Assembly: GCF_006345805.1 (NCBI RefSeq)
Contig: NC_043007.1
Coordinates: 11,470,001-11,534,000 of the forward strand
Direction of reading: 5' to 3'
Length of the DNA: 64,000 nucleotides
Origin: Octopus sinensis
Lineage: Eukaryota
Shown: positions 13,028-24,686 of the stretch, piece by piece
How the letters are laid out: each line of letters opens with the position of its first letter
Position numbering within the stretch: the stretch's first letter is position 1
Program-made: the position numbers and the translations under genes
Notes under the pieces: generated by a model
What the model was told of the DNA's origin: nothing
What the model saw: the letters and a program-made list of their open reading frames with translations, nothing else
The model's database searches: none

Positions 13028-14100
13028 TCATCATCATTGTTTAACGTCCGCTCTCCATGCTAGCATGGGTCGGACGATTTGACTGAGGTCTGGCGAACCA
13101 GATGGATGCACCAGACTCCAATCTCATCTGGCAGAGTTTCTACAGCTGGATGCCATTCCTAACGTCAACCACTCCGAGAGTGTAGTGGGTGCTTTTACAG
13201 TCTACCAGGATGAAGGCCAGTCAGGCGGTACTGGCAACAGCAATGCTCAAATGGTGCTTTTTATGTGCCACCTGCACAGGAGCCAGTCCAGTGGCACTGG
13301 CAATGACCTCGCGCGAATGTTTTTTCACCTGCCACCAGCACAAGTGCCAGTAAGGCGGCACAGGTAATGATCATGCTTGAATGGTGTTTTTTATGTGCCA
13401 CCTGCACAGGAGCCAGTCCAGCGGCACTGGCAATGACCTCGCGCGAATGTTTTTTCACATGCCACCAGCACAAGTGCCAGTAAGGCGGCACAGGTAGCGA
13501 TCATGCTCGAATGGTGCTTTTTATGTGCCACCTGCACAGGAGCCAGTCCAGCGGCACTGGCAATGACCTCGCGCGAATGTTTTTTCACATGCCACCAGCA
13601 CAAGTGCCAGTAAGGCGGCACAGGTAGCGATCATGCTCGAATGGTGCTTTTTATGTGCCACCTGCACAGGAGCCAGTCCAGCGGCACTGGCAATGACCTC
13701 GCGCGAATGTTTTTTCACATGCCACCAGCACAAGTGCCAGTAAGGCGGCACAGGTAGCGATCACGCTCGAATGGTGCTTTTTATGTGCCACCTGCACAGG
13801 AGCCAGTCCAGCGGCACTGGCAATGACCTCGCGCGAATGTTTTTTCACATGCCACCAGCACAAGTGCCAGTAAGGCGGCACAGGTAGCGATCACGCTCGA
13901 ATGGTGCTTTTTATGTGCCACCTGCACAGGAGCCAGTCCAGCGGCACTGGCAATGACCTCGCGCGAATGTTTTTTCACATGCCACCAGCACAAGTGCCAG
14001 TAAGGCGGCACAGGTAGCGATCACGCTCGAATGGTGCTTTTTACGTACCACCAACACGGAGGCCAGTTTGTTGATCTAGCAACGATCACACTCGGATAGC
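13028..14100 (-). mobile_element. RTE 3' UTR copy containing an internal tandem expansion
   Basis: Tail and UTR match 58530-58990; the array is flanked by the same monomers that flank the single dimer in the parent LINE. Confidence 0.9.
13251..14030. repeat. Tandem array, 6 x 130 bp (dimer of ~65-bp monomers)
   Basis: Units start at 13251, 13381, 13511, 13641, 13771 and 13901; units 4-6 are identical. Confidence 0.97.
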
Positions 14101-14104
14101 AACG

Positions 14105-14750
14105 ATGATGATGACAAAAACAATGACAACAGCAATGTTTGAGGATGATGGTGGTGGTGGTGGTGGTGGTATATGTGGTAATGATGATGAGAACGACGAC
14201 AATGTCAACAATAACGATGAGGATGATGGTGATGGTGATGGTTATGGTGATGGTGGTGGTGGTAGATGCAGTAATGATGATGCTGATGATGTTGAAGACA
14301 ATGAAATGAACATGGTGGTGGTGGTGCAGGTGGTAACGCTGCTGCTGCTGATGATGAAGATGATAATGACAAGAGTGGGGATGGTGATGACGATAATGCT
14401 GATAAGGATGTAAAGGACGACAGCTTACGATAACGACAATTATTACAGTGGTTATTGTGACAACGAGGAAGATCCTGATGCTAATGATAATGATGACGAT
14501 GATGATGGTAGTGGGAATAGTGGTGCCGGCGACAGCAACAGCGGTGGTGATGGTAGTGGTGGTGGTGGTGGTGGTGGTGGTGGTGTGGTGCTGGTGGTGG
14601 TGGTGGTGGTGGTGGTGGTGACAGCGGTGGTGATGGTGGTGGTTGTGGTGGTGATGTTCACAGGATGAGTAATGGTGGTAATGAAGATTACGGTAGTAGC
14701 CAAGATGGAAACAAAAGCAAACAACTGCAACAACAATAAGAACAATATTA
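14105..14750. repeat. Cryptic (GAT)n/(GGT)n/(AAC)n simple-repeat tract
   Basis: Direct inspection. Confidence 0.9.
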
Positions 14751-14803
14751 TTCCTCTGTCTGTGAATAAGATAATTGCCAAGGATACTCAGGAATCAATT
14801 CAA

Positions 14804-14851
<48 letters not shown>

Positions 14852-15021
14852 TATATATGTCTCTCTCTTTCTCTCACTCTAGTCTTAATATATATGTCTC
14901 TCTTTTTCTCTCTCTCTCTCTCTCTCTGGTCTTAATATATATGTCTCTCTCTCTCTCTCTCTCTTTCTCTCTGCCTCTCATTCTTTACTTTTAACCTAAT
15001 CATGGCAAATTTGCACATATG

Positions 15022-15415
15022 AGCAGGCGTGGCTGTGTGGTAAGAAGTTTGCTTCCCCACCACATGGTTCCAGGTTCAGTCCCACTGCATGGCACCTTGG
15101 GCAAGTGTCTTCTACTATAGCTTTGGGTTGACCAAAACCTTGTGAATAGATTTGGTAGGTGAAAACTAAGAAAAGCCTGTTGTACATAAATATGTATATA
15201 TCTATGTAAATGAATGTGTGTGTGTGACTTTGGGTTCATGTTTATCCCCCACCACTTCTTGACAACCAATGATGGTTTGTTTACATCCCTGTAATTTAGC
15301 AGTTTGGCAAGGGAGACTGATAGAAAAAGTACTGGGGTTAATTCATTCAACTGAAAATCCTTCAAGGTGGTGCCCCAGCATGGCCACAGTCTAATGACTG
15401 AAACTAGTAAAAGAC
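15022..15415 (+). mobile_element. SINE family A
   Basis: Head, body and tail all present. Confidence 0.85.
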
Positions 15416-15516
15416 AGAGGATTTAAGATTTACCAATGCCATTTGAATGGGGATAAAATCATTGAGACACTGCTTGGGTCATTCATATTTACCGTACCAT
15501 AAACTTGTCCATCCAC

Positions 15517-15518
<2 letters not shown>

Positions 15519-15561
<43 letters not shown>

Positions 15562-15860
15562 TCCCTCTCTCTTTCTTTTTCCCTCTCTTTCTCTTTCCTT
15601 TACCCTCTGTCTCTCCCTCCTCTTTCTCTTTCTCTTCTCCTCTCTCTTTGTCCCCCTCCATCTCTCTCTCTTTCTTTTCCCCTCTCTCTCTCCTTCCCTC
15701 CCTCTCTCTTTCTCTTCTCCTCTCTCTTTTTCCCCTCCATCTCTCTCTCTTTCTTTTCCCCCCTCTCTCTCTCCCTCCCTCTCTCTCTTTCTCTTTTCCT
15801 CTCTCTTTCTCTCCACCTCCCTCTCTCTCTTTCTCTTTTCTCCTCTCTTTCTCTCTCTCC
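15519..15860. repeat. Polypyrimidine (CT)-rich tract with internal ~70-bp repeats
   Basis: Direct inspection. Confidence 0.9.
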
Positions 15861-16122
15861 AAAGTTTGTCTTTCTTAAGCCAACACCTTCTTCCTGAATT
15901 TTCACACAAACTCACAAAACACACAACGAACACCGCCATAAATCAATCATAGATATTAATAGATCAATATTTGATGAAATATTGACAAAAACACAGGTAG
16001 AAGAGTAGAGAAGAGTGGAGCAAAGTCGTGGAATTGCACATCTATCATTTTTGGCAATATCATAGTCATTATTTCTGCCATTATTGTTATTGGTGTCGTA
16101 GTCATCAGCACCGCTGTTATCG

Positions 16123-16153
<31 letters not shown>

Positions 16154-16522
16154 TGTCATCGATGTCATCATCATTAACAATCATCCTCATCCACCTCCTT
16201 CTGCTCCTCTTGTTCCTGCTGTTCCTCCTGCTTCTCCTCCTCCTCATCATCATCATCTTACATTGGATTGAATACAATTTACGCAAGATCTTTACCCCAT
16301 AGATTAATGTGTGTATGATATATGTGTGTGTCCGTGTGTGTGTTCGTGCGTGTGTGTGTTTATGTGTCAGTGTGTGTGTGTGTGTTTATGTTTATGCATC
16401 AGTGTGTGTGTGTGTATGTTTATCCATCAGTGTGTGTGAGTGTGTGTGTGTGTGTATGTTTATGCATCAGTGTGTGTGTGTGTATATTTATGCATCAGTG
16501 TGTGTGTGTGTTTATGTATCAG

Positions 16523-16888
16523 ATGTAGGAGTGGCTGTGTGGTAAGTAGCTTGCTAATGAACCACATGGTTCCGAGTTCAGTCCCAATTCACAGTACTTT
16601 GGCAAGTGTCTTCTACTATAGCCTCGGGCTGACCAAAGCCTTGTGAGTGGATTTGGTAGATGGAAACTGAAAGAAGTCCACCGTATATATGTGTGTATAG
16701 ATATATATATATATGTGTGTGTGTGTGTCTGTGTTTGTCCCCCCCAACATCGCTTGACAACTGATGCTGGTGTGTTTATGTCCCTGTCACTCAGCGATTA
16801 CAAAGAATAAGTCCTAGGGTTGATTTGCTCGACTAAAGGTGTTGCTCCAGCATGGCCACAGTCAAATGACCGGAACAAGTAAAAGAGT
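16523..16888 (+). mobile_element. SINE family A inserted in a (TG)n/ttatgcatcag minisatellite
   Basis: Family consensus; the same minisatellite units lie on both flanks. Confidence 0.88.
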
Positions 16889-17526
16889 GCGTGTGTATTT
16901 ATGTGTCAGTGTGTCTATGTTTATGTTAGTGTGTGTGTGTGTGTGTGTGTGTGTTTGTGTATTACTTGCCTCCTTCTATGCCCCCTTCTACTGTCAGATG
17001 TACAGTTATTCACCTTATATTCAAATAGCTGATCTTTAAATTTGCCCAACAAACTAAGAGATGGAAAACTTTTCTAAGAAAATCTCAACATCATCATCAC
17101 CATCGTCATCATCATTGTTATCATCATCATCATCATTGTCATCATCATCATCATTATCATCCTCATTATCATTATCATCATCATCATCGTCGTCGTCGTC
17201 ATCATTGTCAACATCATCATCATCATCATTAGCAACAGCAGCCTCATTGTTGACATCCTCATCATGTTGACATCTAATTTTCTATGCGCTTGAATGAGTC
17301 ATACAAAATTTGATGAGAGAAATTTTTATATGACCGGATGCTCCTCCTGTCCCCAACTCTCACCTGTTTCCAAGCAAGGTAATAGTTCCCCATGGCCAGA
17401 CACATTTTGCAGAATATTGGAAATGAATGGCACTGCTTGTATGATGGTGACACTCATTTACAACTATTACCTGATGTCAAGACAAGGACACACACACACA
17501 CATACATACATATTATACATATATAT

Positions 17527-17687
17527 GTACAGGAGTGGCTGTGTGGTAAGTAGCTTGCTTACCAACCACATGGTTCCAGGTTCAGTCCCACTGTGTGGTA
17601 CCTTCGGCAACTGTCTTCTACTATAGCTTCAGGCTGACCAAAGCCTTGTGAGTAGATTTGGTAAATGGAAACTGAAAGAAGCCTGTC

Positions 17688-17723
<36 letters not shown>

Positions 17724-17906
17724 CTGTGTTTGACAACCAATGCTGGTCTGTTTATGTCCCTGTAACTTAGTGGTTCAGCAAAAGAGACCAATAAAATAAG
17801 TAGTAGGCTTACAAAGAATAAGTCCTGTGGTCGATTTGTTCAACTAAAGAGGGCGCTCCAGCATGGCCACAGTCAAATGACTGAAACAAATAAAGGAGTA
17901 TAAGAG
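17527..17906 (+). mobile_element. SINE family A with a private internal deletion
   Basis: Family consensus, but lacks the tcccccc..cgct segment. Confidence 0.88.
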
Positions 17907-18519
17907 AATATATATATATATTCTCTTTATTACAAAATACAGGCCACTTCTTAACAAACGATTAATATACCTCAACTTTAGAATAAAAGAAATACACACA
18001 CAAATATACATTCCAAAGAATCCATTACTAATCAGCCCCTATCACAGCTATAATCCATAACATGCCAACTTCAAGTCATACAAACCTCATACTTTCACCC
18101 ATTCATATTCTCCCTTCTCTGTTTTCTTCTTCTTCCTTCTTCTTCATCATCATCATTATCATCATCATCATATCATCACCACCATCATCATCATCATCAT
18201 CTTCTTCTTCTCTCATCATCATCATCATCATCATCAACATCGTCATCTTCTTCTTCTTCTTTTCTTCTTCTTCTTCTTCTTCTGCTCCACTTCTACCTCT
18301 TAACTTTATCACTAATGCTCACTAATGCTTTTTAGTAAAACACCTACGCAAATTCCATAAACAAATCTCTCAATAGAAATATTCTCCTGAATTGAACTGC
18401 AACTGCTAGCCATCACTGACCATTCAAAATACAACAATCAAGGCACTCCCAAATTTTTCCACCCCCTCTCCTCTTCAGCCTTCTTCTTCTTCTACCCTAC
18501 CAAGAATTCACAAAGACAC

Positions 18520-18735
18520 ACAAGTGCAACCAAGGGAGTCAGAGAAAGGCAGAATGCCAGTTATATTTGAACACTACTATACAAATATTCCTTTAAAAAA
18601 ATCTTTTCTTCTAATTTTCTAAATTTAATTATTTAATCGTTACAGTTGAAAAGGTCTCAAAATGACCGAAACCGGTACTGAAATGTTCTTTATAAAATTA
18701 TTTTACCATTTTCTATTTTGACTTGTTTTTTTCAT
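18520..18735 (+). mobile_element. ~210-bp hammerhead-bearing repeat (Penelope pLTR/retrozyme-like) ending in (TA)n
   Basis: Near-identical to both arms of the 24258-24698 palindrome; contains the hammerhead motif at 18643-18680. Confidence 0.7.
18643..18680 (+). ncRNA. Candidate minimal type-I hammerhead ribozyme (U3-A8 core variant)
   Basis: cag-TTGAAAA-ggtc(tcaaaat)gacc-GAA-ACCGGT-A-ctg: stems I and II pair, stem III is palindromic, GUA cleavage triplet. Confidence 0.7.
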
Positions 18736-18804
18736 ATATATATATATAATAATATATATATATATAATATACATATATATATACATATATATATACACAT
18801 ATTT

Positions 18805-19025
18805 ATATCTACTGCAACTGGCTCGCCATCTGTTATGCCGGCGAGGGTTCCAGTTGATCGGATCAATGGAACAGCTTGCTCTTGAAATTAATGTGCAAGT
18901 GGCTGAGCACTCCACAGACACGTTGTTCTCAGGGAGATTCAGCATGACACAGAGTGTGACAAGGCCAGCCCTTCGAAATACAGGTGCCACTCATTTTTGG
19001 CTGCTGAGTGGACTGAAGCAACATG
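18805..19025 (-). mobile_element. SINE family D partial copy
   Basis: gggttccagttgatcggatcaatggaacag...gagcactccacagacac is shared with 47064-47443. Confidence 0.8.
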
Positions 19026-19091
19026 AAATAAAGGTGTGTGTGTGTGTGTGTGTGTGTGTATACATATATATATATACATACATATATACAT

Positions 19092-19122
<31 letters not shown>

Positions 19123-19256
19123 CATGTATACATATACATGCATACATATACATACATACATATACATACATACATACATACATGCATACATATACATACA
19201 TACATATACATACATACATACATTTACATATATATATATAGAGAGAGAGAGACGGA

Positions 19257-19257
19257 C

Positions 19258-19340
<83 letters not shown>

Positions 19341-19341
19341 C
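19257..19341. repeat. (GATA)n microsatellite
   Basis: Direct inspection. Confidence 0.95.
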
Positions 19342-19933
19342 ATATACATATATATATTTGTATATATTAATAAACATGAAACAAATGGATAATTTGGGTA
19401 TTACTACACATATTTCAGTAGCAAATTTATTATTGACACATTGCATTATACAAACTGGCATCCAATAACACACAAAATTGCATAAAATTATGCAATAACA
19501 TATTTACCTAACATTGCCACACCTTCAGGTAATAATCCATTAGAGATTTATTAGGTGATATGCACCAATGGGATTATGGTAACATACACACACACACACA
19601 CACATATATATATCCCCTTTAATTTCATTTATGGTAAATATTTTTGAGTTCATGTATAAAAGATCCTTTGTTATTATGTCAGCTACGGCCTAGTGATTCT
19701 AACCTGCAACAACAATGTTATGGGATTGCACTGAACTGTGCCGATATAACGTAGGATAAATATAGTGATAATAATAGGGATTCATGGATGGAATTTATAA
19801 ATATTTTACTGTATTACTACATGCATTTCCACATATCATCCCAGGAATGTGAACTATGGTCACAAAGAACATGTGATCTGTGGAAATGCACATAGTGATA
19901 CATTAAAATATTCATGAATTATATCCATATGTG

Positions 19934-20160
19934 ATTATTATTATTATTATTATTATTCAGTAGTTTTATTTTTATAGCGTGCTTTCACTTCACTACCAAG
20001 CACAGCTCTGTGTGCCTTGGGTATGTGCTGTGATTTGTTGTGATGCTCTGATGGTTATTGTATGGAAAGTGTTCTGCGTAGGATGTGTGCAGTGCCTAGT
20101 AGTGCAATTTTCTGTATGTTATATGTGTTTGTAAGTCCTGGTGTTTTTGTTATGTATTTG
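19934..20160 (-). mobile_element. 3' end of an R4/Dong-like non-LTR retrotransposon in (ATT)n
   Basis: 20159-20055 translates KYITKTPGLTNTYNIQKIALLGTAHILRRTLSIQ*, resembling the QK..LLGTA.ILR C-terminus of R4/Dong elements; (AAT)n tail and (TTA)n on the other flank. Confidence 0.7.
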
Positions 20161-20167
20161 TTATGTT

Positions 20168-20245
<78 letters not shown>

Positions 20246-20313
20246 TTGCTCTATTAGAGAATTTGAGTAAAATTATATTAATGTGTCCAACTGATTAAAA
20301 ATTCTGTTTCTTT

Positions 20314-20401
20314 ATGCAGCTGAGGATAGCTCTGTATTTAAATTGATGTAATGATTGCATAGTTTAATTAAATGGAGTTGCTTGAAACGATCGTGCTGCA
20401 T
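20314..20401 (+). ncRNA. Candidate type-I hammerhead motif, probably decayed
   Basis: atgcag-CTGAGGA-long AT-rich stem II-GAA-ACGATCGT-G-ctgcat; position 17 is G. Confidence 0.5.
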
Positions 20402-20967
20402 TACTTCTGGATATCCTGTGCTTATTTTGATTTTAATCACCTTATTTTGAAACTGTATGGATAATACCGTACTAAATCTGGTGCCTCAACTTATGTACCT
20501 AATTCATCTGAATCTATATATGATATATATACTATATATATATATATCTATATAATATATATATATATCGATATTTAATATATCGATCTTATCTAGTGGC
20601 CAGCATGGGAATAAATACCATACAAAGGTAATAATTATTTAAACTATAAATTAGGGTATGAGAGATACCGCCATGCTGAAATAGCAGTCAAAACCCTGAC
20701 CCTAAAACCACCTTAAATATTCATATTGCACCCAGAGAGAAGACAGAAAGACAAAATAAACTAGCAAAAAAGATTTTGCTGGATAACTTAAGATCCTGGA
20801 TTTCTGACTTTGCTTCAGAGAAGCTCTGCCTTCTTCAGTTGAATATACCAGAAAGCACATAAATACAGATATATATATATATATATACAGAACATACGTT
20901 ATACTTACATATACGAACGCCCATGCATACATATATATGCACGTATGTACAGACTAGCTTAAAATAC

Positions 20968-21009
<42 letters not shown>

Positions 21010-21088
21010 ATTAAGGGTAGAAATTGATATTTATCAATTAAGACCAGTGGTCTAGCATATTAAAAAAGAATCCGAAGATTAAAATATT

Positions 21089-21288
21089 TATATATACCAA
21101 TTAAGGACTGAACACGAAATGGACAGTCAACATGCTAGATATAGACGTCAAATCGCCATTCACCACAAGCAAAAGATTATGTTCTCAGATCTGAGAACAT
21201 AATCTTTTGTGGTGAATGGCGATTTGACGTCCATATCTAGCATGTTGACTGTCCACTTTTCGTGTTCAGTCCTTAATTGGTATATATA
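21089..21288. repeat. ~200-bp loopless palindrome
   Basis: Centre gttctcaga|tctgagaac at 21189/21190; arms differ by one substitution and two small indels. Confidence 0.95.
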
Positions 21289-21581
21289 TATATATATATA
21301 TAGATATATATATATACACATACACACATATATATATATGAGAATAGTTTTGTTGTCCACAAGACAAAAAAAGCACATTCTAAATATTTTTTTTAGCGAT
21401 AATATTTTATGTGGTCATTGGTTATGTCTGGTCAGAAAGTAACCATTGGGTTCATATCTATTGTTGCTTTTAGCAATATAGGAGTCTTAACAATATAGGA
21501 GACCCGTGAACCCCACTGACCAAAGGCAAGCAATAAGAGATGTGAAACTGGGCATAACCAAACACTACACAAAATACGCAG

Positions 21582-21619
<38 letters not shown>

Positions 21620-22424
21620 TGGACTACTTTCTGTCTACCAAATCCTCTCACAAGGCTTTGGCGAGCTCAGGGCTGTAGTAGAAGACACTTGCCCAAGATG
21701 CCATAAAGTGAAATTGAACCGAAAACCATGCAATTGCAAAGCAAACGTTTTAACGCATGACCGCACATGTGCCAGTATGGCTCTGTTAATTCACCCTGTT
21801 CTCTATGTAAATGTTTCAAGTTCCTCTTAGCCATCTTCTGCCTGACTCTATCAAACCAATTTGACAATATAAGCACCAGCTATTGCAAGCAGTAATAATT
21901 CCAAAATTGTATTTTACACTTCGATGTATTTTCTTACCGCAAAGCATCCAACTGTGAAACAGCAGTGACAACTATTTTCAGCTAAGTCACACAGTAGTAA
22001 GGAGAATATTGTATTTTGTGATGGTGGTGGTGGTGATGGTGGTGGCGGCACTCGTGGTTGTAATGGTGGTGGTGTTGTTGTTGGTGGTGGTGGTGGTCGT
22101 GGTTGTAATGGTGGTGGTGCTGGTGGTTTGGTAGAAGAGTAGAAGGCAATAACTGCTATATGATCTGAGGTCATTAACTTAAATTCAACAGAAAGAATTT
22201 TAACTTAGCAATTATTTTGTCACATCTATGGCTATAACGTCTCAAAAGAGATGCAGACGTGGCTGTTGTTAAGGAGCTTGATTTGCAGTCGTGTGGCCTT
22301 GGGTTCTGTCCTGTTGCCTGGCACCTTGGACGAATGTCTTCTAATAAGGACTTGCTCCAACCGATGGCTTGTGTGCGAATTTGGTTGACTGAAACTATGA
22401 TGGAGCTCATCATACACATATATA

Positions 22425-22651
22425 TTTCTTTACTGCCCACAGGGGGCTAAACATAGAGGGGACAAACAAGGACAGACAAAGGGATTAAGTCGATTACATC
22501 GACCCCAGTGCGAAACTGGTACTTTATTTATCGACCCCGAAAGGATGAAAGGCAAAGTCGACCTCGGCAGAATTTGAACTCAGAACGTAGCGGCAGACGA
22601 AATACTGCTAAGCATTTCGCCCGGTGTGCTAACGTTTCTGCCAGCTCGCCG
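22425..22651 (-). mobile_element. SINE family B, full length
   Basis: Reverse complement ggcgagctggcagaaacgttagc (A box)...gagttcaaattc (B box)...cctttcatcctttcggggtcg...gtaaagaaata. Confidence 0.9.
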
Positions 22652-22960
22652 CATCATACACATATATGTGTGTGTGTATATGTGTGTGTGTGTATGTGTG
22701 TATGTGTGTGTGTGTGTGTATTCTTTTTACTCTTTTACTTGTTTCAGTCATTTAACTGCGGTCATACTGGAGCACTGCCTTTAGTTGAGGAAATTGACCC
22801 CAGGACTTATCCTCTGTAAGCCTAGTACTTATTCTATCAGTCTCTTTTGCTGAAGTTACAGGGACATAAACACACCAACATTGGTGTCAAGTGATGGTGG
22901 GGGGGGGACAAACACAGACACCCAAATACACAAACACACATGCGCATACACACACATATA

Positions 22961-23200
22961 CAGAGCAACCTCGGTTCTTGACCATAATTTGTTCTGAAAG
23001 TGTTCTAAAATCGAATTGTTAAAGAACCGAATAATTTTTTCCAATTACAATTAATGTAAAGAAAGATTAATTAATTTCCAAGCACCAGTTGAATGCGTAT
23101 TTACATGCTTACACTATTAAAAAACGTTTATTCAATCTGTAAAAAACACACAAAAGTTTATTTCTTAGAAGGGGAATCCTCTCCCATAAAAACGTCTGGT
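22961..23200 (+). mobile_element. Tigger/pogo-like DNA element 5' fragment
   Basis: TA|cagagcaacctcggtt resembles a CAGTAGAACCTCG-type TIR; no matching right end seen. Confidence 0.4.
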
Positions 23201-23272
23201 AATAAGTAGTAGGCTTACAAAGAATAAGTCTTGTGAGTAGATTTGGTAAATGGAAACTGAAAGAAGCCTGTC

Positions 23273-23312
<40 letters not shown>

Positions 23313-23490
23313 CTGTGTTTGACAACCAATGCTGGTCTGTTTATGTCCCTGTAACTTAGTGGTTTGGCAAAAGAGACCAATAAAATAAGTAGTAGGCTTA
23401 CAAAGAATAAGTCCTGTGGTCGATTTGTTCAACTAAAGAGGGCGCTCCAGGTAAATCTTTCTCTGAGGTTTCTTTTCCTTTTTTCTTTCA

Positions 23491-23526
<36 letters not shown>

Positions 23527-23956
23527 ATGGACTTCTTTTAGTTTCTATCCACCAAATCCACTCACAAGGCTTCAGTCAGCCTAAAGCTATAGTAGAAAGA
23601 CCCTTGCCCAAGGTTCTATACAGTGGGACTGTACCCGGAACCATGTGGTTAGGAAGCAAGCTTCTTACCACACAGCCACTCCTGTACGTATATATATGTG
23701 TGTGTGTGTGTGTGTGGGAAGGTGCCCATCACTCTCATCATTGAGATAAGATAAGTTGTAACTAAGTAGAGGTAGTGGAAATAATTACTGGAGAAGGATA
23801 GTTTATAACAAAAATTAACATAAGTATAATGTGTCTCACTTACGTTGAGAGGATAATTTTATATAAATCATTTATGATTTTAGTCAACTGATTTAAATAA
23901 TAAAGTAGTTTATTTGTTGTTAGTAATAAGTAAAAGTTTAATATATTAAAGTAATG

Positions 23957-24001
<45 letters not shown>

Positions 24002-24317
24002 TTATTCATATATCTATACATGTTGAAATAGCATTTAAAATTTACGACAGCTGTTTGGGTAGAGTTTTATTTATTTAACGCAGTCGTAAAAAATTATGTC
24101 ATAATATATAGACCACTATCGTCAGGTAAAACTTTAAGCAGGTACGATTTTAAACATCAACCTAGACATAGCCAACATTCGCTAGCCTAGTCTGTATACA
24201 TGTGTGTGTATGTGTATATATATATATGTATAAGGGTAAAAAGGAACACACGAGTTGATATATATGAAAAAACAAGTCAAAATAGAAAATGCTAAAATAA
24301 TTTTATAAAGAACATTT

Positions 24318-24355
24318 CAGTACCGGTTTCGGTCATTTTGAGACCTTTTCAACTG
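24318..24355 (-). ncRNA. Candidate minimal hammerhead (U3-A8), minus-strand copy
   Basis: Exact reverse complement of 18643-18680. Confidence 0.7.
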
Positions 24356-24600
24356 TAACGATTAAATAATTAAATTTAGAAAAATTAGAAGAAAAGTTTT
24401 TTTAAAGGAATATTTGTATAGTAGTGTTCAAATATAAGTGGCATTCTGCCTTTCTCTGACTCCCTTGTTTGCACTTGTGCAAACAAGTGCAAACAAGGGA
24501 GTCAGAGAAAGGCAGAATGCCACTTATATTTGAACACTACAAATATTCCTCTAAAAAAACTTTTCTTCTAATTTTTCTAAATTTAATTATTTAATCGTTA

Positions 24601-24638
24601 CAGTTGAAAAGGTCTCAAAATGACCGAAACCGGTACTG
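24601..24638 (+). ncRNA. Candidate minimal hammerhead (U3-A8), plus-strand copy
   Basis: Identical to 18643-18680. Confidence 0.7.
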
Positions 24639-24686
24639 AAATGTTCTTTATAAAATTATTTTAGCATTTTCTATTTTGACTTGTTT

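Noticed and set aside
13261-14011. Five overlapping 76-aa ORFs (MPPYWHLCWW..)
   Set aside because: By-product of the 130-bp period, which is not a multiple of 3; no coding evidence.
13251-14030. CRISPR-like array next to an RT-related element
   Set aside because: Units are contiguous near-identical repeats with no unique spacers, there are no cas genes, and the sequence derives from the RTE 3' UTR in a eukaryotic context.
20800-20842. Minus-strand CUGAAGA-a-ggcagag/ctctg
   Set aside because: No GAAA, stem III or stem I downstream; the CCGACGA motif near 55540 fails likewise.
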